From a virus, in IMG/VR virus record IMGVR_UViG_3300031539_000009, positions 18,157 through 82,156 of that record: a stretch of 64,000 nucleotides of DNA; one strand, 5' to 3'. The notes below the pieces were generated by a model. That model did not search any database. It was not told where the DNA came from and saw nothing but the letters and a program-made list of their open reading frames with translations. A program made the translations under genes and the position numbers. Every line of letters begins with the position of its first letter. The stretch's first letter is position 1. Below are positions 17,495-28,200 of this stretch, piece after piece.

Positions 17495-18859
17495 TCATAT
17501 TTTCTTTTCCTCTTGCTTTTGGAATTTGGATTTTTCCAACTCGTCAATCTCGATGAAAGTGCAAGTGGAATATCTGGCCTGCATCTTGAGCCACGTCCTG
17601 GGCACTTCGCCGTCCCTGTTCTTGGCCAGGACCATCGCCAACTCTGGGTATGGGGTGATGTCCCGCATTTGAAGTGTACAACCCATGGTCACGGCTACAT
17701 CTGATATCCTGGCCTTGTCATATGATTCCGCCACAGATTCCGCATACCAAATGATTTTGTTCTTGTATTCCTTGGGTGCGTGCGTGCTCGACCAAACACC
17801 ACAATCGCACTCTTCAGCCAGCCCCTTCATATCCCAATAGGCCATCGTGTGCGTGACCCTGTAATTTTCCGCCCGCCGGGTTGGGACAAGATGGTCACCA
17901 CTATCAACCACCACCAGGTCAGTCGGAATTCCGACCGCCAACCGATCTTTTATCATCCCCCGGATAATGTTCACATCACACTTTTGGACAGGGACACTGG
18001 CCACGTGTAGCTTGTCCTTGAGAATCCTCTTTGGCATCCTCTGTATCCGGTCCTTTGACCGCTCTATTCTGATCAACTCACCACGGTCAAAATCGTGTGT
18101 TTTGAACTTGCGTGAATCTATCTGCGTGAGCTTGGCATCCAGCTTTGATTCGATCTGATCACGCCTCATCTCCAATGCCACATACAACACGTGGCTTCCC
18201 CGGACCGCCGCCCCATATGCAAATTGCACCAACATCGATGATTTACCAATGCTGGTCACTCCAATCAAAATTCCAAGTTCACCCGGTGCCAATCCGCCGT
18301 CCAGGTGGTTGTCCAGGTATCTGACTGATGATGGAACACGACTGGTGACCCCGGCCTTGGCTTGTGCCCGCCTGATTGCCTGCCTTTCGTCCAACCGGCT
18401 GAACCAATCCTCACGATTGGCCTCAGCTGCGGCCTGGAGTGCCGCCCCTTCCCTGTACGTGTTCCAAGCATCTTCAACCTTCCCCTGCTTCAACAATTCT
18501 GCGGCATCGCTCATCGCCGTCTTCATGTGTTGGTGCTTAATGAATCTGTTCAACTCCTCCATCGATGTGTTAGCCATATTCTGCGTTGAGTCGAACAGCT
18601 CAATATTTGTATCCATATACGGTTGTGACTTGGACCGCTCTGGGAATTCCGCCTTGATTAGCCTGATTGCTTTTTTCCTGGGCATCAACTCATGGTGCGT
18701 CACATACTGCGACACGATTTGCTTCCAAATCCAATCCAACTGCTTGTTGCTGAATTGGTATTCCTTCAGGGCTGCGACCGCCCTTTGCAAATATCGGATG
18801 TCCTTCAAACTTGTGGCAATAATCTGCTTCTCATATTCAACATCTATCTGCTGGGCCAT
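17495..18859 (-). CDS. DnaB-like replicative helicase
   Basis: LDGGLAPGEL, Walker A GVTSIGKS, ALEM, VVVD and LAKNRDG. TAATG overlap with the upstream gene. Confidence 0.9.
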   Translation of the reverse strand: MAQQIDVEYEKQIIATSLKDIRYLQRAVAALKEYQFSNKQLDWIWKQIVSQYVTHHELMPRKKAIRLIKAEFPERSKSQPYMDTNIELFDSTQNMANTSMEELNRFIKHQHMKTAMSDAAELLKQGKVEDAWNTYREGAALQAAAEANREDWFSRLDERQAIRRAQAKAGVTSRVPSSVRYLDNHLDGGLAPGELGILIGVTSIGKSSMLVQFAYGAAVRGSHVLYVALEMRRDQIESKLDAKLTQIDSRKFKTHDFDRGELIRIERSKDRIQRMPKRILKDKLHVASVPVQKCDVNIIRGMIKDRLAVGIPTDLVVVDSGDHLVPTRRAENYRVTHTMAYWDMKGLAEECDCGVWSSTHAPKEYKNKIIWYAESVAESYDKARISDVAVTMGCTLQMRDITPYPELAMVLAKNRDGEVPRTWLKMQARYSTCTFIEIDELEKSKFQKQEEKKI

Positions 18860-19626
18860 TATTCCCCCTCCAACATTGTCGCCCAGGTGGATTGCGTCTT
18901 GGGCCTGAAACCTTCCGACATGAACGTCAAATGCTTCACCCTCTGCGTCAGGAGTGAGGCCAATGGCTTTCCATACTTTTCTTGAACTCCGGCAATGTCC
19001 ATCTGGCTTATACACACAAAAGGCAGCCCGTTGGCTATTCTGGCCCGGAGCAATGTGTCCAGCTGGCTCCTAACATGGCCGCCGTCCTTGCCGGATTCCT
19101 TGCCCATCTCGTCAATTATCAGCACATCAATTTGCTCGATGTATTCCAACTCCAAGATGGCATCTTTTTTAGCTTCCCCGCCGGACGTGACGACCTCCAG
19201 CCACCACCCGGATAGATTTTCAAGCACAACATAAAATGAACTCATGCCTTGCTCGATGGCCGACACAGCCACGTAACACCCCGCCGTTGTTTTACCTGCG
19301 TCAACATTTCCAGACAGGAACATGTTCAAGCCGTTGTCTCTGGCACGATCCAGGTGATTCACATACCTCTGGACAGCGTTGACGCTCATCTTGTTTCTCG
19401 TGCCAGAAAAATCAAATTTCAACACATCCCAATATTCATAAGGAATCCCGGCCCGGATCATCTGGTGAATCCTGTTCCATTTCTTCACGCAGTCACATTC
19501 GCTTCCCTTGGGCGTGGCCTCTTTGAGATCACCAACGATCACCCCGGACCCGCCACAAATATGGCACCCTCCAACCATCTTGGCTCGGATGGCATATGAC
19601 TTCGCATCTAATTTGTCAAAAATCAT
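18859..19626 (-). CDS. DnaC/IstB-like helicase-loader ATPase
   Basis: Zn motif CHIC...CDC, AGIP, Walker A GNVDAGKT and Walker B LIIDEMGKE. Confidence 0.85.
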   Translation of the reverse strand: MIFDKLDAKSYAIRAKMVGGCHICGGSGVIVGDLKEATPKGSECDCVKKWNRIHQMIRAGIPYEYWDVLKFDFSGTRNKMSVNAVQRYVNHLDRARDNGLNMFLSGNVDAGKTTAGCYVAVSAIEQGMSSFYVVLENLSGWWLEVVTSGGEAKKDAILELEYIEQIDVLIIDEMGKESGKDGGHVRSQLDTLLRARIANGLPFVCISQMDIAGVQEKYGKPLASLLTQRVKHLTFMSEGFRPKTQSTWATMLEGE

Positions 19627-19922
19627 TCCTGATCCCGCCGTCCAAAATGGATAACTTCATGCCCGCCCTTCCCGTCAGGCACAACCAACCCGGCTGGGGT
19701 GGACGGATAACGCTTGGCCAGCTTTTCCGCTTCCCGCTCTTTCATCCGGTCATACACAATTGATATCGGCCAAATGAGGACCACGATCACGATCACGATC
19801 ACTTTTGATGCCATGCTGGTCCGGTCCCAACCGTCACTTTTGCGCATGTAATTAACACCCACGATTCCGAACCTAACACCCACAAGAAAATATCCCAAAA
19901 TCAACCAAGCATACCATGCCAT
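19623..19922 (-). CDS. small membrane protein (two hydrophobic segments)
   Basis: Start at MAWYAW behind GGAGG; WPI motif after the second TM segment. Confidence 0.65.
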   Translation of the reverse strand: MAWYAWLILGYFLVGVRFGIVGVNYMRKSDGWDRTSMASKVIVIVIVVLIWPISIVYDRMKEREAEKLAKRYPSTPAGLVVPDGKGGHEVIHFGRRDQE

Positions 19923-19939
19923 TTTTACACACCTCCAAA

Positions 19940-20028
19940 TTGCATCGATGAATTCAAACTTTTCAGTCACTTATGCATACGCAACTGCACTCATTTTTTG
20001 TCCATTTTTGAATGTGATAACGTATGCA
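19940..20028. promoter_or_regulatory. approx. 75-bp repeat with a TGCA-N8-TGCA box upstream of the loader/helicase operon
   Basis: 19940-20014 aligns without gaps to 9262-9336; TGCA pair at 19974/19986. Confidence 0.7.
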
Positions 20029-20031
20029 CAA

Positions 20032-21213
20032 TCACATGTCCGGGCAACCATGTGCCATGGCATGTTTGACCGCAGCTTCAAGGTCAGGCTCGCAATCCGC
20101 CTCAATCCCGATCTTGCGCTGTCTTGCTATTGACTCCACAAACTTGATCTGGTCCCCGTCCAGGTCAAATCCGCCCTTTTTCAAAATGTCAGGCAATGCC
20201 GGATTTTTCAGGCCGGTCCTGAAGGCATCGCCAACTTTCGATGACCCATCGCCCTTCCCTCTTTTCCTGAGTTGAAATTTCTGAATGTTCCCTTCCCGCA
20301 ACAACCAATCCACTGGCGGAAATTCAACAGGCGACTTGTCCCAATCCTGCAAATTGTTATAGGTCCAGGTGATGTACTCAACGAACTTGATATCATACTC
20401 ATTACAGATCACGTACAACTGGGCAAATTGCTTGTAGGATTTTTCCCCCACAAAGAATTTTTTGCCACCCAACAACATTTCCCTGGCCTTTTTGTAAATG
20501 TTGGCATACATGCTTCCGACTTGTTTTTCAGCACTGGTCCTGATTCCTTTGTCCGTTGACTTCAGCCGGACCAACCATGGTGTTTTCAAATCCAGCTTCT
20601 TTGGCTTTCCCGCCGTCTTGGGTTTTTCAGGCACGACCTCCAGCGGATCATGAAGCACTTTTGATCTTGTTGGAATGCGCTGCCCTTCCCCTGCTTTAGC
20701 TGGGGAAGGTATTATGTCTTCAGAAGATTTTGTTTTAATATTAATACTTACGGCACCACTTTTTTGTGTCGTAACTGGTTGTTTTTTATGAGGTTTGGGT
20801 GGGTCCATTGGCATTTTTTGTGGTTCTTTCACTCTTTTAACTGGTTGTTTTTCAATAGGTTTTTTGTCACCACTCCCGCTCTTTATGTGGTCGCCTTTGG
20901 AATCTTTAATTTTTGCGTATGCCAATGTGGTGGTCGGCTGGAATCCTGATTGGGATAGATCGGCCCCGCTTTTGGTGTCCTTGAACACCCCTTTTTCAGT
21001 CATGGATTTGACTATCTTGAGCGCATCGGCTTTTGTGGCACCTGTAAGATATTTTGACGCCTCCATGAGTGTAGCTTCCCCGTTGGACTTAATCTTACAC
21101 AACACCATTAATAACTGGAACTCATGTGGGTCCAGAACCTCCAGCAACCTTGGCGTGTCTTTGGCCAACACATCCATGTTGAAATTGGATAGATCAAATT
21201 GTATTCCGGCCAT
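20032..21213 (-). CDS. hypothetical DNA-binding protein, possible replication initiator
   Basis: N-terminal winged-HTH-like segment, Lys/Pro-rich linker, and position upstream of the DnaC/DnaB-like genes. Confidence 0.5.
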   Translation of the reverse strand: MAGIQFDLSNFNMDVLAKDTPRLLEVLDPHEFQLLMVLCKIKSNGEATLMEASKYLTGATKADALKIVKSMTEKGVFKDTKSGADLSQSGFQPTTTLAYAKIKDSKGDHIKSGSGDKKPIEKQPVKRVKEPQKMPMDPPKPHKKQPVTTQKSGAVSINIKTKSSEDIIPSPAKAGEGQRIPTRSKVLHDPLEVVPEKPKTAGKPKKLDLKTPWLVRLKSTDKGIRTSAEKQVGSMYANIYKKAREMLLGGKKFFVGEKSYKQFAQLYVICNEYDIKFVEYITWTYNNLQDWDKSPVEFPPVDWLLREGNIQKFQLRKRGKGDGSSKVGDAFRTGLKNPALPDILKKGGFDLDGDQIKFVESIARQRKIGIEADCEPDLEAAVKHAMAHGCPDM

Positions 21214-21215
21214 CC

Positions 21216-22655
21216 TTATAATCCCCCCTTGATGGCCGTCGCCGGATCAAACTTGGTGTAATCCTTAACCACACCCACCCTGAACGCCTTTTCTGCTCTG
21301 TAGGTCTTCAGGCGGGCAGCAGCTTGCTTGGCCATGTATCGGTTGTGGAAGTCAGCAAATTCAATCACAAGTGCTCCGGCTTTCCCCGGACACGGCGTCA
21401 GATTCCTCAAACGCTGTAGAGTGGATATGTCATCCGTGCCCCCTTCAGCGTTGATGACCACTTCGCACTCCGGTATGTCAACCGCTTCCCCGAACACAGT
21501 GCCAACCATTATCATGGTCTCACCGGCCCGGAATCGTGAAATGATCTGTTGTCTATTCTTTGAGCTGACACTTCCATATATCATCTCGCACTTCATGTGC
21601 TTCGCCAACGTCTTCATGTGTTTGACTTGCGTCGTTTGTACCAACGTCCTCAGCCCGGACTCAGCGCACTTTTGCGCTATTCTGATCACAGCTGAATTCC
21701 TGGCCTTATTCTCAACCACGGCTTTTTTGTACACGCCCGTCGCCCACTTCCCTTTGATTTGCTCCGCTCCAGCGTCCACAAAGAATATATGTGGACGGAC
21801 CAAGTGACCGGCCAACATCAGGTCATCCATGAAAATCTCATATCCAATTGGACCCGTCGCCGCCCTGAGCCATATGGCCCCTTTGCTGTTTTCTTTTTCT
21901 GGGTTTACATCCACAGTCGCTGACAGGCCAATTTTGTAGTATGATTCAAATCCACTAACTATCTGGCGCCAACGGTCCGCAGATTTCATATGGTGCACCT
22001 CATCGATGAAGGTGATGCCCATCTCGTTGGTGATTTCGCTCAACTGTTTCGGACTCATCCGCATCAACGATTGAAGTGTGGCAACGGTCACATCTCCAGG
22101 GTCACACAACCCGTCGCCAATCGCCCCTATTTTCACGCCCAACAAGACGTTTTGGAACAAGGCAACAGTTTGCTTGAATAAAAGATCGGAATTCACCAGG
22201 AATATGGATTTGGTTTTCAACTTGTGGATAGCATAGGCAGCAGTCATTGTTTTCCCGGACCGAACAGGCATTTTGATCATAGCCTTTCCAGTTTGTAAGC
22301 CACGATCACAGAACATCGCCCGGACCGCCCCCAACTGATAATCTCGCAGCTCAGGACCGCCCCATTCAATATTCAGATTCCGGCTTGGATATTGTCGCCG
22401 GTCCAGGTATTCAGGCGTGAGATTGTGCTCTTGTATCACACCTTCAAGAATGGAAAAGACACCGGCGGGCAAGGTATAACCCAGCCGCCGGTTGTGCTTG
22501 AGCAATCTAATTTTGCCATCCCACTTCCCCTCTTTGAATGCGGGCGCAAAATAATATCCGCTCACATAATAGCTCATCACGTCATCCAACTCACGTATGA
22601 AGTTGGCATCAAATCCGGTGAGAACTATATTATTGTTATTGATGAATATTTTCAC
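21216..22655 (-). CDS. superfamily-2 DNA helicase (UvsW/XPB-like)
   Basis: LRDYQ, PVRSGKT, DEVHH, GLSAT and GEAVDIP. Confidence 0.9.
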   Translation of the reverse strand: MKIFINNNNIVLTGFDANFIRELDDVMSYYVSGYYFAPAFKEGKWDGKIRLLKHNRRLGYTLPAGVFSILEGVIQEHNLTPEYLDRRQYPSRNLNIEWGGPELRDYQLGAVRAMFCDRGLQTGKAMIKMPVRSGKTMTAAYAIHKLKTKSIFLVNSDLLFKQTVALFQNVLLGVKIGAIGDGLCDPGDVTVATLQSLMRMSPKQLSEITNEMGITFIDEVHHMKSADRWRQIVSGFESYYKIGLSATVDVNPEKENSKGAIWLRAATGPIGYEIFMDDLMLAGHLVRPHIFFVDAGAEQIKGKWATGVYKKAVVENKARNSAVIRIAQKCAESGLRTLVQTTQVKHMKTLAKHMKCEMIYGSVSSKNRQQIISRFRAGETMIMVGTVFGEAVDIPECEVVINAEGGTDDISTLQRLRNLTPCPGKAGALVIEFADFHNRYMAKQAAARLKTYRAEKAFRVGVVKDYTKFDPATAIKGGL

Positions 22656-22709
22656 ATAACACTCCCTGTAGTCTTATTTGGCGGCCACCGATTAAACGGT
22701 GACTGGCCG

Positions 22710-22940
22710 CTATTCTTTGACAGACTTAGCAGGGAGTGATATGTCACCGTCCATGGCCATCTGGCGCATCACTTTGATTTTAGAGTGCAACTCAATTACA
22801 GAATTTGTCAACACTTCTTTGCAACTGGCGTTGTCCTTCCCTTCCGTTTCGCACTCTATTTTTTCCAGCTTATCGCCCTTGTCGTGCCCATTCCCTTTTT
22901 CCCTTTTCTTGAACAATTTCATTTGTACAATTCCTTCCAC
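22710..22940 (-). CDS. hypothetical protein
   Basis: Fills the gap in the co-oriented array; no motif. Confidence 0.5.
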   Translation of the reverse strand: MEGIVQMKLFKKREKGNGHDKGDKLEKIECETEGKDNASCKEVLTNSVIELHSKIKVMRQMAMDGDISLPAKSVKE

Positions 22941-22950
22941 CCTTGATTTA

Positions 22951-23154
22951 TCATTTGCTCAATTGGATGATCAGGTCAATAGTCTTTTTCAATTCATCAA
23001 CAGCAGGGATGACTTGTTGGTATGCTTTCGTGCAGTCATCTTTCGCTTTTGTGTACTGGCGGAACATGTAAACAAGCCCGATTGTTTCCATGATTATCAC
23101 ACCAACCGCCAAGTTATTAATCAACAAATCTGATATGAATTTCCACGTGTCCAA
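22951..23154 (-). CDS. small single-TM protein, holin candidate
   Basis: One hydrophobic helix and a charged C-terminus, within the lysis cassette. Confidence 0.5.
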   Translation of the reverse strand: MDTWKFISDLLINNLAVGVIIMETIGLVYMFRQYTKAKDDCTKAYQQVIPAVDELKKTIDLIIQLSK

Positions 23155-23188
23155 CTTATCACCCCCGCTATTCTTGGCTGATCTTTTG

Positions 23189-23626
23189 TCAGTCTAACTC
23201 CCCTGCCAACTTTACTGCTCCTGCCGTGACGATTATTCCCATGCCCAATCCGATCCACCTGTTGGTTTCAGGTCGGTCAATCCATCTCGGATTTGCCAGG
23301 GTGGCGGCCAACTCGTCACGCTCACGTTGGCATTCCCTGAGTTGCAAGAGCAAGGCTGTTTGGGTCTGTTCTAATTCCTGGGTGAGCATCTCATTCCTCA
23401 GCCTTTCCCGCTCCAACTCAACTTCCAATTGTAAATACTCGGTGAAGACATCTTCAGACACCAGGATTCCGCTGAAAGGTGCTGGTGTTCCTTCCATGAT
23501 GGCCAGGATGCGTCCGGTGGTGATTTTGGTGCCATCGCCCTCATCCGCATGAATCCCCATGGGCATGGACGACAAAAGCAGCAGGGCTGCCACTAGAATT
23601 GCGATTTGGCTGGTAAACCGTCTCAT
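23189..23626 (-). CDS. secreted coiled-coil protein with a C-terminal hydrophobic segment (spanin-like)
   Basis: Signal peptide (IHA|D), coiled coil, C-terminal WIGLGMGIIVTAGAV. Confidence 0.5.
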   Translation of the reverse strand: MRRFTSQIAILVAALLLLSSMPMGIHADEGDGTKITTGRILAIMEGTPAPFSGILVSEDVFTEYLQLEVELERERLRNEMLTQELEQTQTALLLQLRECQRERDELAATLANPRWIDRPETNRWIGLGMGIIVTAGAVKLAGELD

Positions 23627-24018
23627 GTTCCGTCCCCTTCCCTGTTTTTCCGCCGGTCCCGGAAAGCTTGGCCCAACTCCGCAAGTGAGTTCAGGCGTGT
23701 TTCTTCATCGTGGATTTTTTCGGCCTGGTCGATCTTTTCTTCATCCTGGTCCAGCTTATCCATCTCAGGCTTGTGTTCCGCTTCCACCTTGTCGTGGATG
23801 TCTTTCACGGCCTTTTTGGCCTTTTTCACATGATTGGTCCGTTTGGGCGGAACATTTTGTGCCGGTCCGTCAGGCTCATCGGTGGCTTCATGGTACAGGA
23901 TTGCCCCGATTATGGCCGATATCACAGCCACAGGAACATATTTGTTTTTCCAACACCACGCCCCGGCCACCTGAATGCCTTCCCATATCTTCTTGAGAAC
24001 CAACATCACGGTAACCAT
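23623..24018 (-). CDS. i-spanin-like membrane protein
   Basis: N-terminal TM segment and charged helical tail, immediately after the endolysin. Confidence 0.5.
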   Translation of the reverse strand: MVTVMLVLKKIWEGIQVAGAWCWKNKYVPVAVISAIIGAILYHEATDEPDGPAQNVPPKRTNHVKKAKKAVKDIHDKVEAEHKPEMDKLDQDEEKIDQAEKIHDEETRLNSLAELGQAFRDRRKNREGDGT

Positions 24019-24021
24019 GAT

Positions 24022-24852
24022 TCACCTCGTGCCCATTCCGGCAACCGCCGCCGCCGAAACAATCCGCCGCTCCACCTTTTCAGGTTGCTCGTCAGCCGGA
24101 TAAAAGTTGATGAATCCCTTGAGTGAATGTTGGCTCATTTTACGCTTTCCCAGTTTGACCCGGTTGCCGCAGTTGCCCTCATCTGTGTTGAACTCGGTGC
24201 CATCTTCTGACACGCTGACCACAAATCCGGTGTGTCCCTTTCCGTTGGGCTTTCCGTCCTTGCCTTCATACAACATGATGAAGATGTCGCCGGGCAGTGG
24301 CGTGTAATCCTCTTTGTCCCTCCACCAGCCATTTTCTTTGGCTATTTTGTGAAGATTCCGGCAAGCCGCTTCCCTTTCCTTTTTGAATGGCTTCATCCCT
24401 GTAGCCTTGTAGATGACCCAACACACGAACATGGCGCACCAGGCAGCTTTCCAACCGCCCGTGATTTCGTCCACGCCGTCGCCGCCATTGGACCCGTCTG
24501 GAATTTCACGGGTGTTGTTGGCATGATACTCCAGGGCCAAATCCAGGATGGTGGACCGGACCACGGTGGTGCCCATCGGTATAACTGCGCTGATTCCAGA
24601 TTTTTGTGGTGCTCCGTGTGGATTCATCAAGGCCCACCACGTCTTTTCACCCACTTCGCCGTCCGGCTTCAACGGCTCTTTGTTCTTGTCGATGTGGCCG
24701 CCCTGAAATTCTTGAACGGCTGCTTCAGTCAGCCCACCAAAATCGCCGTCAACCTTACAGTCAGGGCAATCATAGTACCCATTTTGCTTGAGCAAATTCT
24801 GAAGGTGTGAAACCTCTGGGCCTTGGTCGCCCAGCTTCAATGTTTGCGCCAT
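24022..24852 (-). CDS. endolysin: peptidoglycan-binding domain plus CHAP amidase
   Basis: LKLGDQGPEVSHLQ...DGDFGGLTEAAVQEFQ...DGEVGEKTW, then catalytic WCAMFV, GHTGFV and EGN. Confidence 0.92.
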   Translation of the reverse strand: MAQTLKLGDQGPEVSHLQNLLKQNGYYDCPDCKVDGDFGGLTEAAVQEFQGGHIDKNKEPLKPDGEVGEKTWWALMNPHGAPQKSGISAVIPMGTTVVRSTILDLALEYHANNTREIPDGSNGGDGVDEITGGWKAAWCAMFVCWVIYKATGMKPFKKEREAACRNLHKIAKENGWWRDKEDYTPLPGDIFIMLYEGKDGKPNGKGHTGFVVSVSEDGTEFNTDEGNCGNRVKLGKRKMSQHSLKGFINFYPADEQPEKVERRIVSAAAVAGMGTR

Positions 24853-24856
24853 TGCT

Positions 24857-25210
24857 TTATTCCCCCTTTTCACCGGGCATTTCGCTTGGGTTTGCCACCG
24901 TTTTCAATTCCACGGGTTGGGCCGGACCGCCTTCAGATGCGTGCTTTGATCCGAACAAGTTGACCAACTCGGATAACTCCTGGGCACGACCAATCAATGA
25001 TTGGGCATCAGCTTTCATCTTCTTCAGCTCATTTTCGGCACGTTGGATGTTTCCGCCCGCTTCCTGGACTTGCCTCATTACAACTTCATGCTTCTCCAGG
25101 AGCAACTTGACCGTCGGGTCATCTACCTTCCCGGCCTTGATGTTGTTGACATACTCGTTGATGTCCAACACTTTCCCTGTTTCCTTCACTGTTTCTTTTC
25201 TGTCGCTCAT
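24857..25210 (-). CDS. hypothetical coiled-coil protein (possible fibre chaperone)
   Basis: GGAGG RBS; located after the tail fibre. Confidence 0.55.
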   Translation of the reverse strand: MSDRKETVKETGKVLDINEYVNNIKAGKVDDPTVKLLLEKHEVVMRQVQEAGGNIQRAENELKKMKADAQSLIGRAQELSELVNLFGSKHASEGGPAQPVELKTVANPSEMPGEKGE

Positions 25211-25261
25211 CTTTTCACCTCCAAATTATTTTGCGATTGTTTATTTATTTGGGATTCAACC

Positions 25262-28200
25262 TTAAACCGTTGGCGCATAATTTGTATATTGTATCAAGTG
25301 CGCCACACCTCTCAAGACAAAGTTGGAAGCAACTTCAAAAGCTGCCGCCCCATAAATTTCAAGGCGATACAACTGGCCAATGTTGGAATGGGAAGGTATG
25401 CTGCCCCAAGATCCAAAAATCCAGGTGTTACTCGTGTAAGGGCAGTACACATTCCCGCTATCATACAGCACTGTCGAACCAGCTGACGTCCCATTTTTCA
25501 GAATCCACCTCAAATATTTGGAGCCACCAGCTGACCAATATCCATACGCATACGGCCTGAAATTTGCAAAGAATGAGGAATCAGCCTGAAGCATGATAAC
25601 CGCAACATGATATGCGTTTGTAGGACTTCCGTTGGGGACTGTGACCCTGTATTGGAATGGATACCTTCCATTGGGGTCAATCACAACAGCATCATTCCCT
25701 AATTCTGAATTGACAATTTCACCATGCTTTGTGTACACGGTTGGCGGAAGTACAGATTGGTTGTCCACATAATTTTTTGTAGCCAAGTCTTGCGAATAAA
25801 CCGGGTCAAGGAATCCTTGGCACTTGGTCACGCCGCCTCCATTGAGGTGCATGTTGGTGAAGTTGTAATATAGGGCCAACTGTGGCGTGTCATCGTACAA
25901 CTCAAACTGATTCCCTGTGAATACAACACGTGCCCAGTTGCCACTTGGGGTGTCGTGGAATGTCATCATGGGTTGATCGCCATAAAAATCCCATTCCAAC
26001 CCCGGTGCCCCGGCAACCAACGGATCAGTGAATTGTGAAGCATCAATTCCAAATCTGGCCGAACCTGATTGGAATATTCTCCACCCATTGATCCCGTTTG
26101 TAGGACTGTCCAAATATGATTCCAAGGACAGTGCACCGCCTTTGGTTCCATAAATGGCCGTGTCATACCACGTGGCGCTGATTCCTGATTCCGCCCCGCC
26201 TGGGAATCCGGTTGCGATTTGCATTGTTGAATTTCCGCTCGGTGTGCTTGTGTACCACCCATTATTCCCCAAAGTTGATCCAGTGATATGGATGAGAATT
26301 TGTCTTGAAGGGCTGTTTGGGAATGAGTCATAATAATCACTCCAATCATCCCCTGATACGATGTTGATGTTGTTGAAGACTCCTGTGGTCAAATTCACAG
26401 TCACAGGGTGAGCTTCACGATTGAAAGCAACTGCCCCAGCATCCACGATGATTTCACGCCCCAAACCGGCCCCGCCAGCATCATAGTTGAAGTCAAGCGA
26501 ACCTGATGAAAGTGTTTCGTTGAGCATTCCGATCAAGGTGGTGGCCGAACCATTGTATGTATTGTCCACTGCCGCCGGTCCTGAAAGTGGAAGCGGACTT
26601 GGACCAACCAAATTGAAATCGTCAAACGATAATGCGCCACTAAGGGCACTTAATGTCCCCCCGCCTGCACCATCCATGTAGATGTTGTCACTTGTCGTGA
26701 TACGGTCGCTGGCCGTGATGCGCCTGGACACCTGCAAATCCGCTTCGCCCGCCCCTGCGTTGCCAAACCTCCAAGTCACATTCCCTGCGTTATCGCCCTG
26801 AAAATCGAATATTGTGGCTGATGTTCTCGACATGGTGAATATGTCAGGCGAAAATGTACCAAATTGTAATCCTTCGCCGCCATCAGCAATCTCCAGCCCA
26901 CCGGTCATTCTCAAAATGTCGCCTGTGATGATCAAACGACCTATTCCTGGATTCTTTTGGAATTGATAATACACATCGTTGGCACCGTTCGTTGTGTGGC
27001 TGAAAACCGCATTGGTTACCCCAGCTGACATTTCAAGCTTTTCCCCGCTTCCAAACAAATCATGTATCCTGAACAAACCGTTGTACAGAGACAAGCCACC
27101 GTCGATTCCGCCGGTGACCGTGACCCGGTCCGCTGCGTCATCCCCCAGATATGAATTGCCGGCCACATATAAGTCTTGTCCAACGTGAACATCCTTGTCA
27201 AAATCAGCCCGGAGCACGTGGCCATAGAATCGGTCCACGGTGTTGTCATCGCCCGCCGTCAAGTCACCTTCAACGGTCAAATCACCCTCGATGATCGTGG
27301 ACTCCATGATGTACTCGGTGCCCTGGACATACAGGTCTTGAAATTGCGCATTTCCATCGCCGTCGATCCAAGCCCGGACCGCCGCCAAGTCATCCTTGAT
27401 CTCAACCTTGTGATTGGCTTTATCCGCCGCATCAAATGCCTGGATGTTTAACTGTAGACCGGATTGAATATTGAAGTCCACGGTGTCCGGGTGGATGTCG
27501 GAGTGGCGGCCATAATCTGTGGAATCATGAGGATAATGTTCCACGTCCATTATTGTTTGCAATGCGTGATCCAGATTAGGCAGCCCGTCGCCATCGAAGT
27601 GTGGCGTTGTGTACATGTCTTGGTAGATAGTCCACAGGTCATTTATTCCGACACCAGGGGTGGACAAATAGATGTTTTGCCCGGTGATGTCAAACACCGT
27701 GGGAGTGGTCCCGGCCCCGGACCCGGTGACGGTCCCCAGAAAGGTGTAGTCAGGGTCAGTTGAAAGATCGGTGTTGCGTTTGACCGTTGGACCCTCGGTG
27801 TAACCAATGTAATCAGTCTCGTCAACCGATGGCGTTATTTGCCCCATGTACGTTGAGACCACATAGTTGTTGGAACCATCCCACTGAACAACCAGGTCTT
27901 CATAAGCTGCCGCCAAGCTGACAGGCTCTTTCAACTTGATCCTGCAAATGCGCCCGCTATGATTCACGCCCGCTTCCAGAATGGTATCAAGCACGATCTT
28001 GAGTTGGTCTGATCCCAGGTCAGCAACGCTATCAGGGTCACCGGATTCCCCCACAGATTGGCGCCAAGTGTCAGCCTCCACCCTTCCGTTGCGGACGTTC
28101 AACTGCATTTGATCTGGAATTTCCAAGAATTTCAACCCAATGTAATATGGGATTGCGGACTCATTCTCAAATGGCACCTGCTCGAACACCCCAACGTCGC

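Noticed and set aside
22680-22710. Inverted repeat GCGGCCA...TGGCCGC at the lysis/replication boundary
   Set aside because: There is no U-tract on the coding strand, so it is not called as a terminator.
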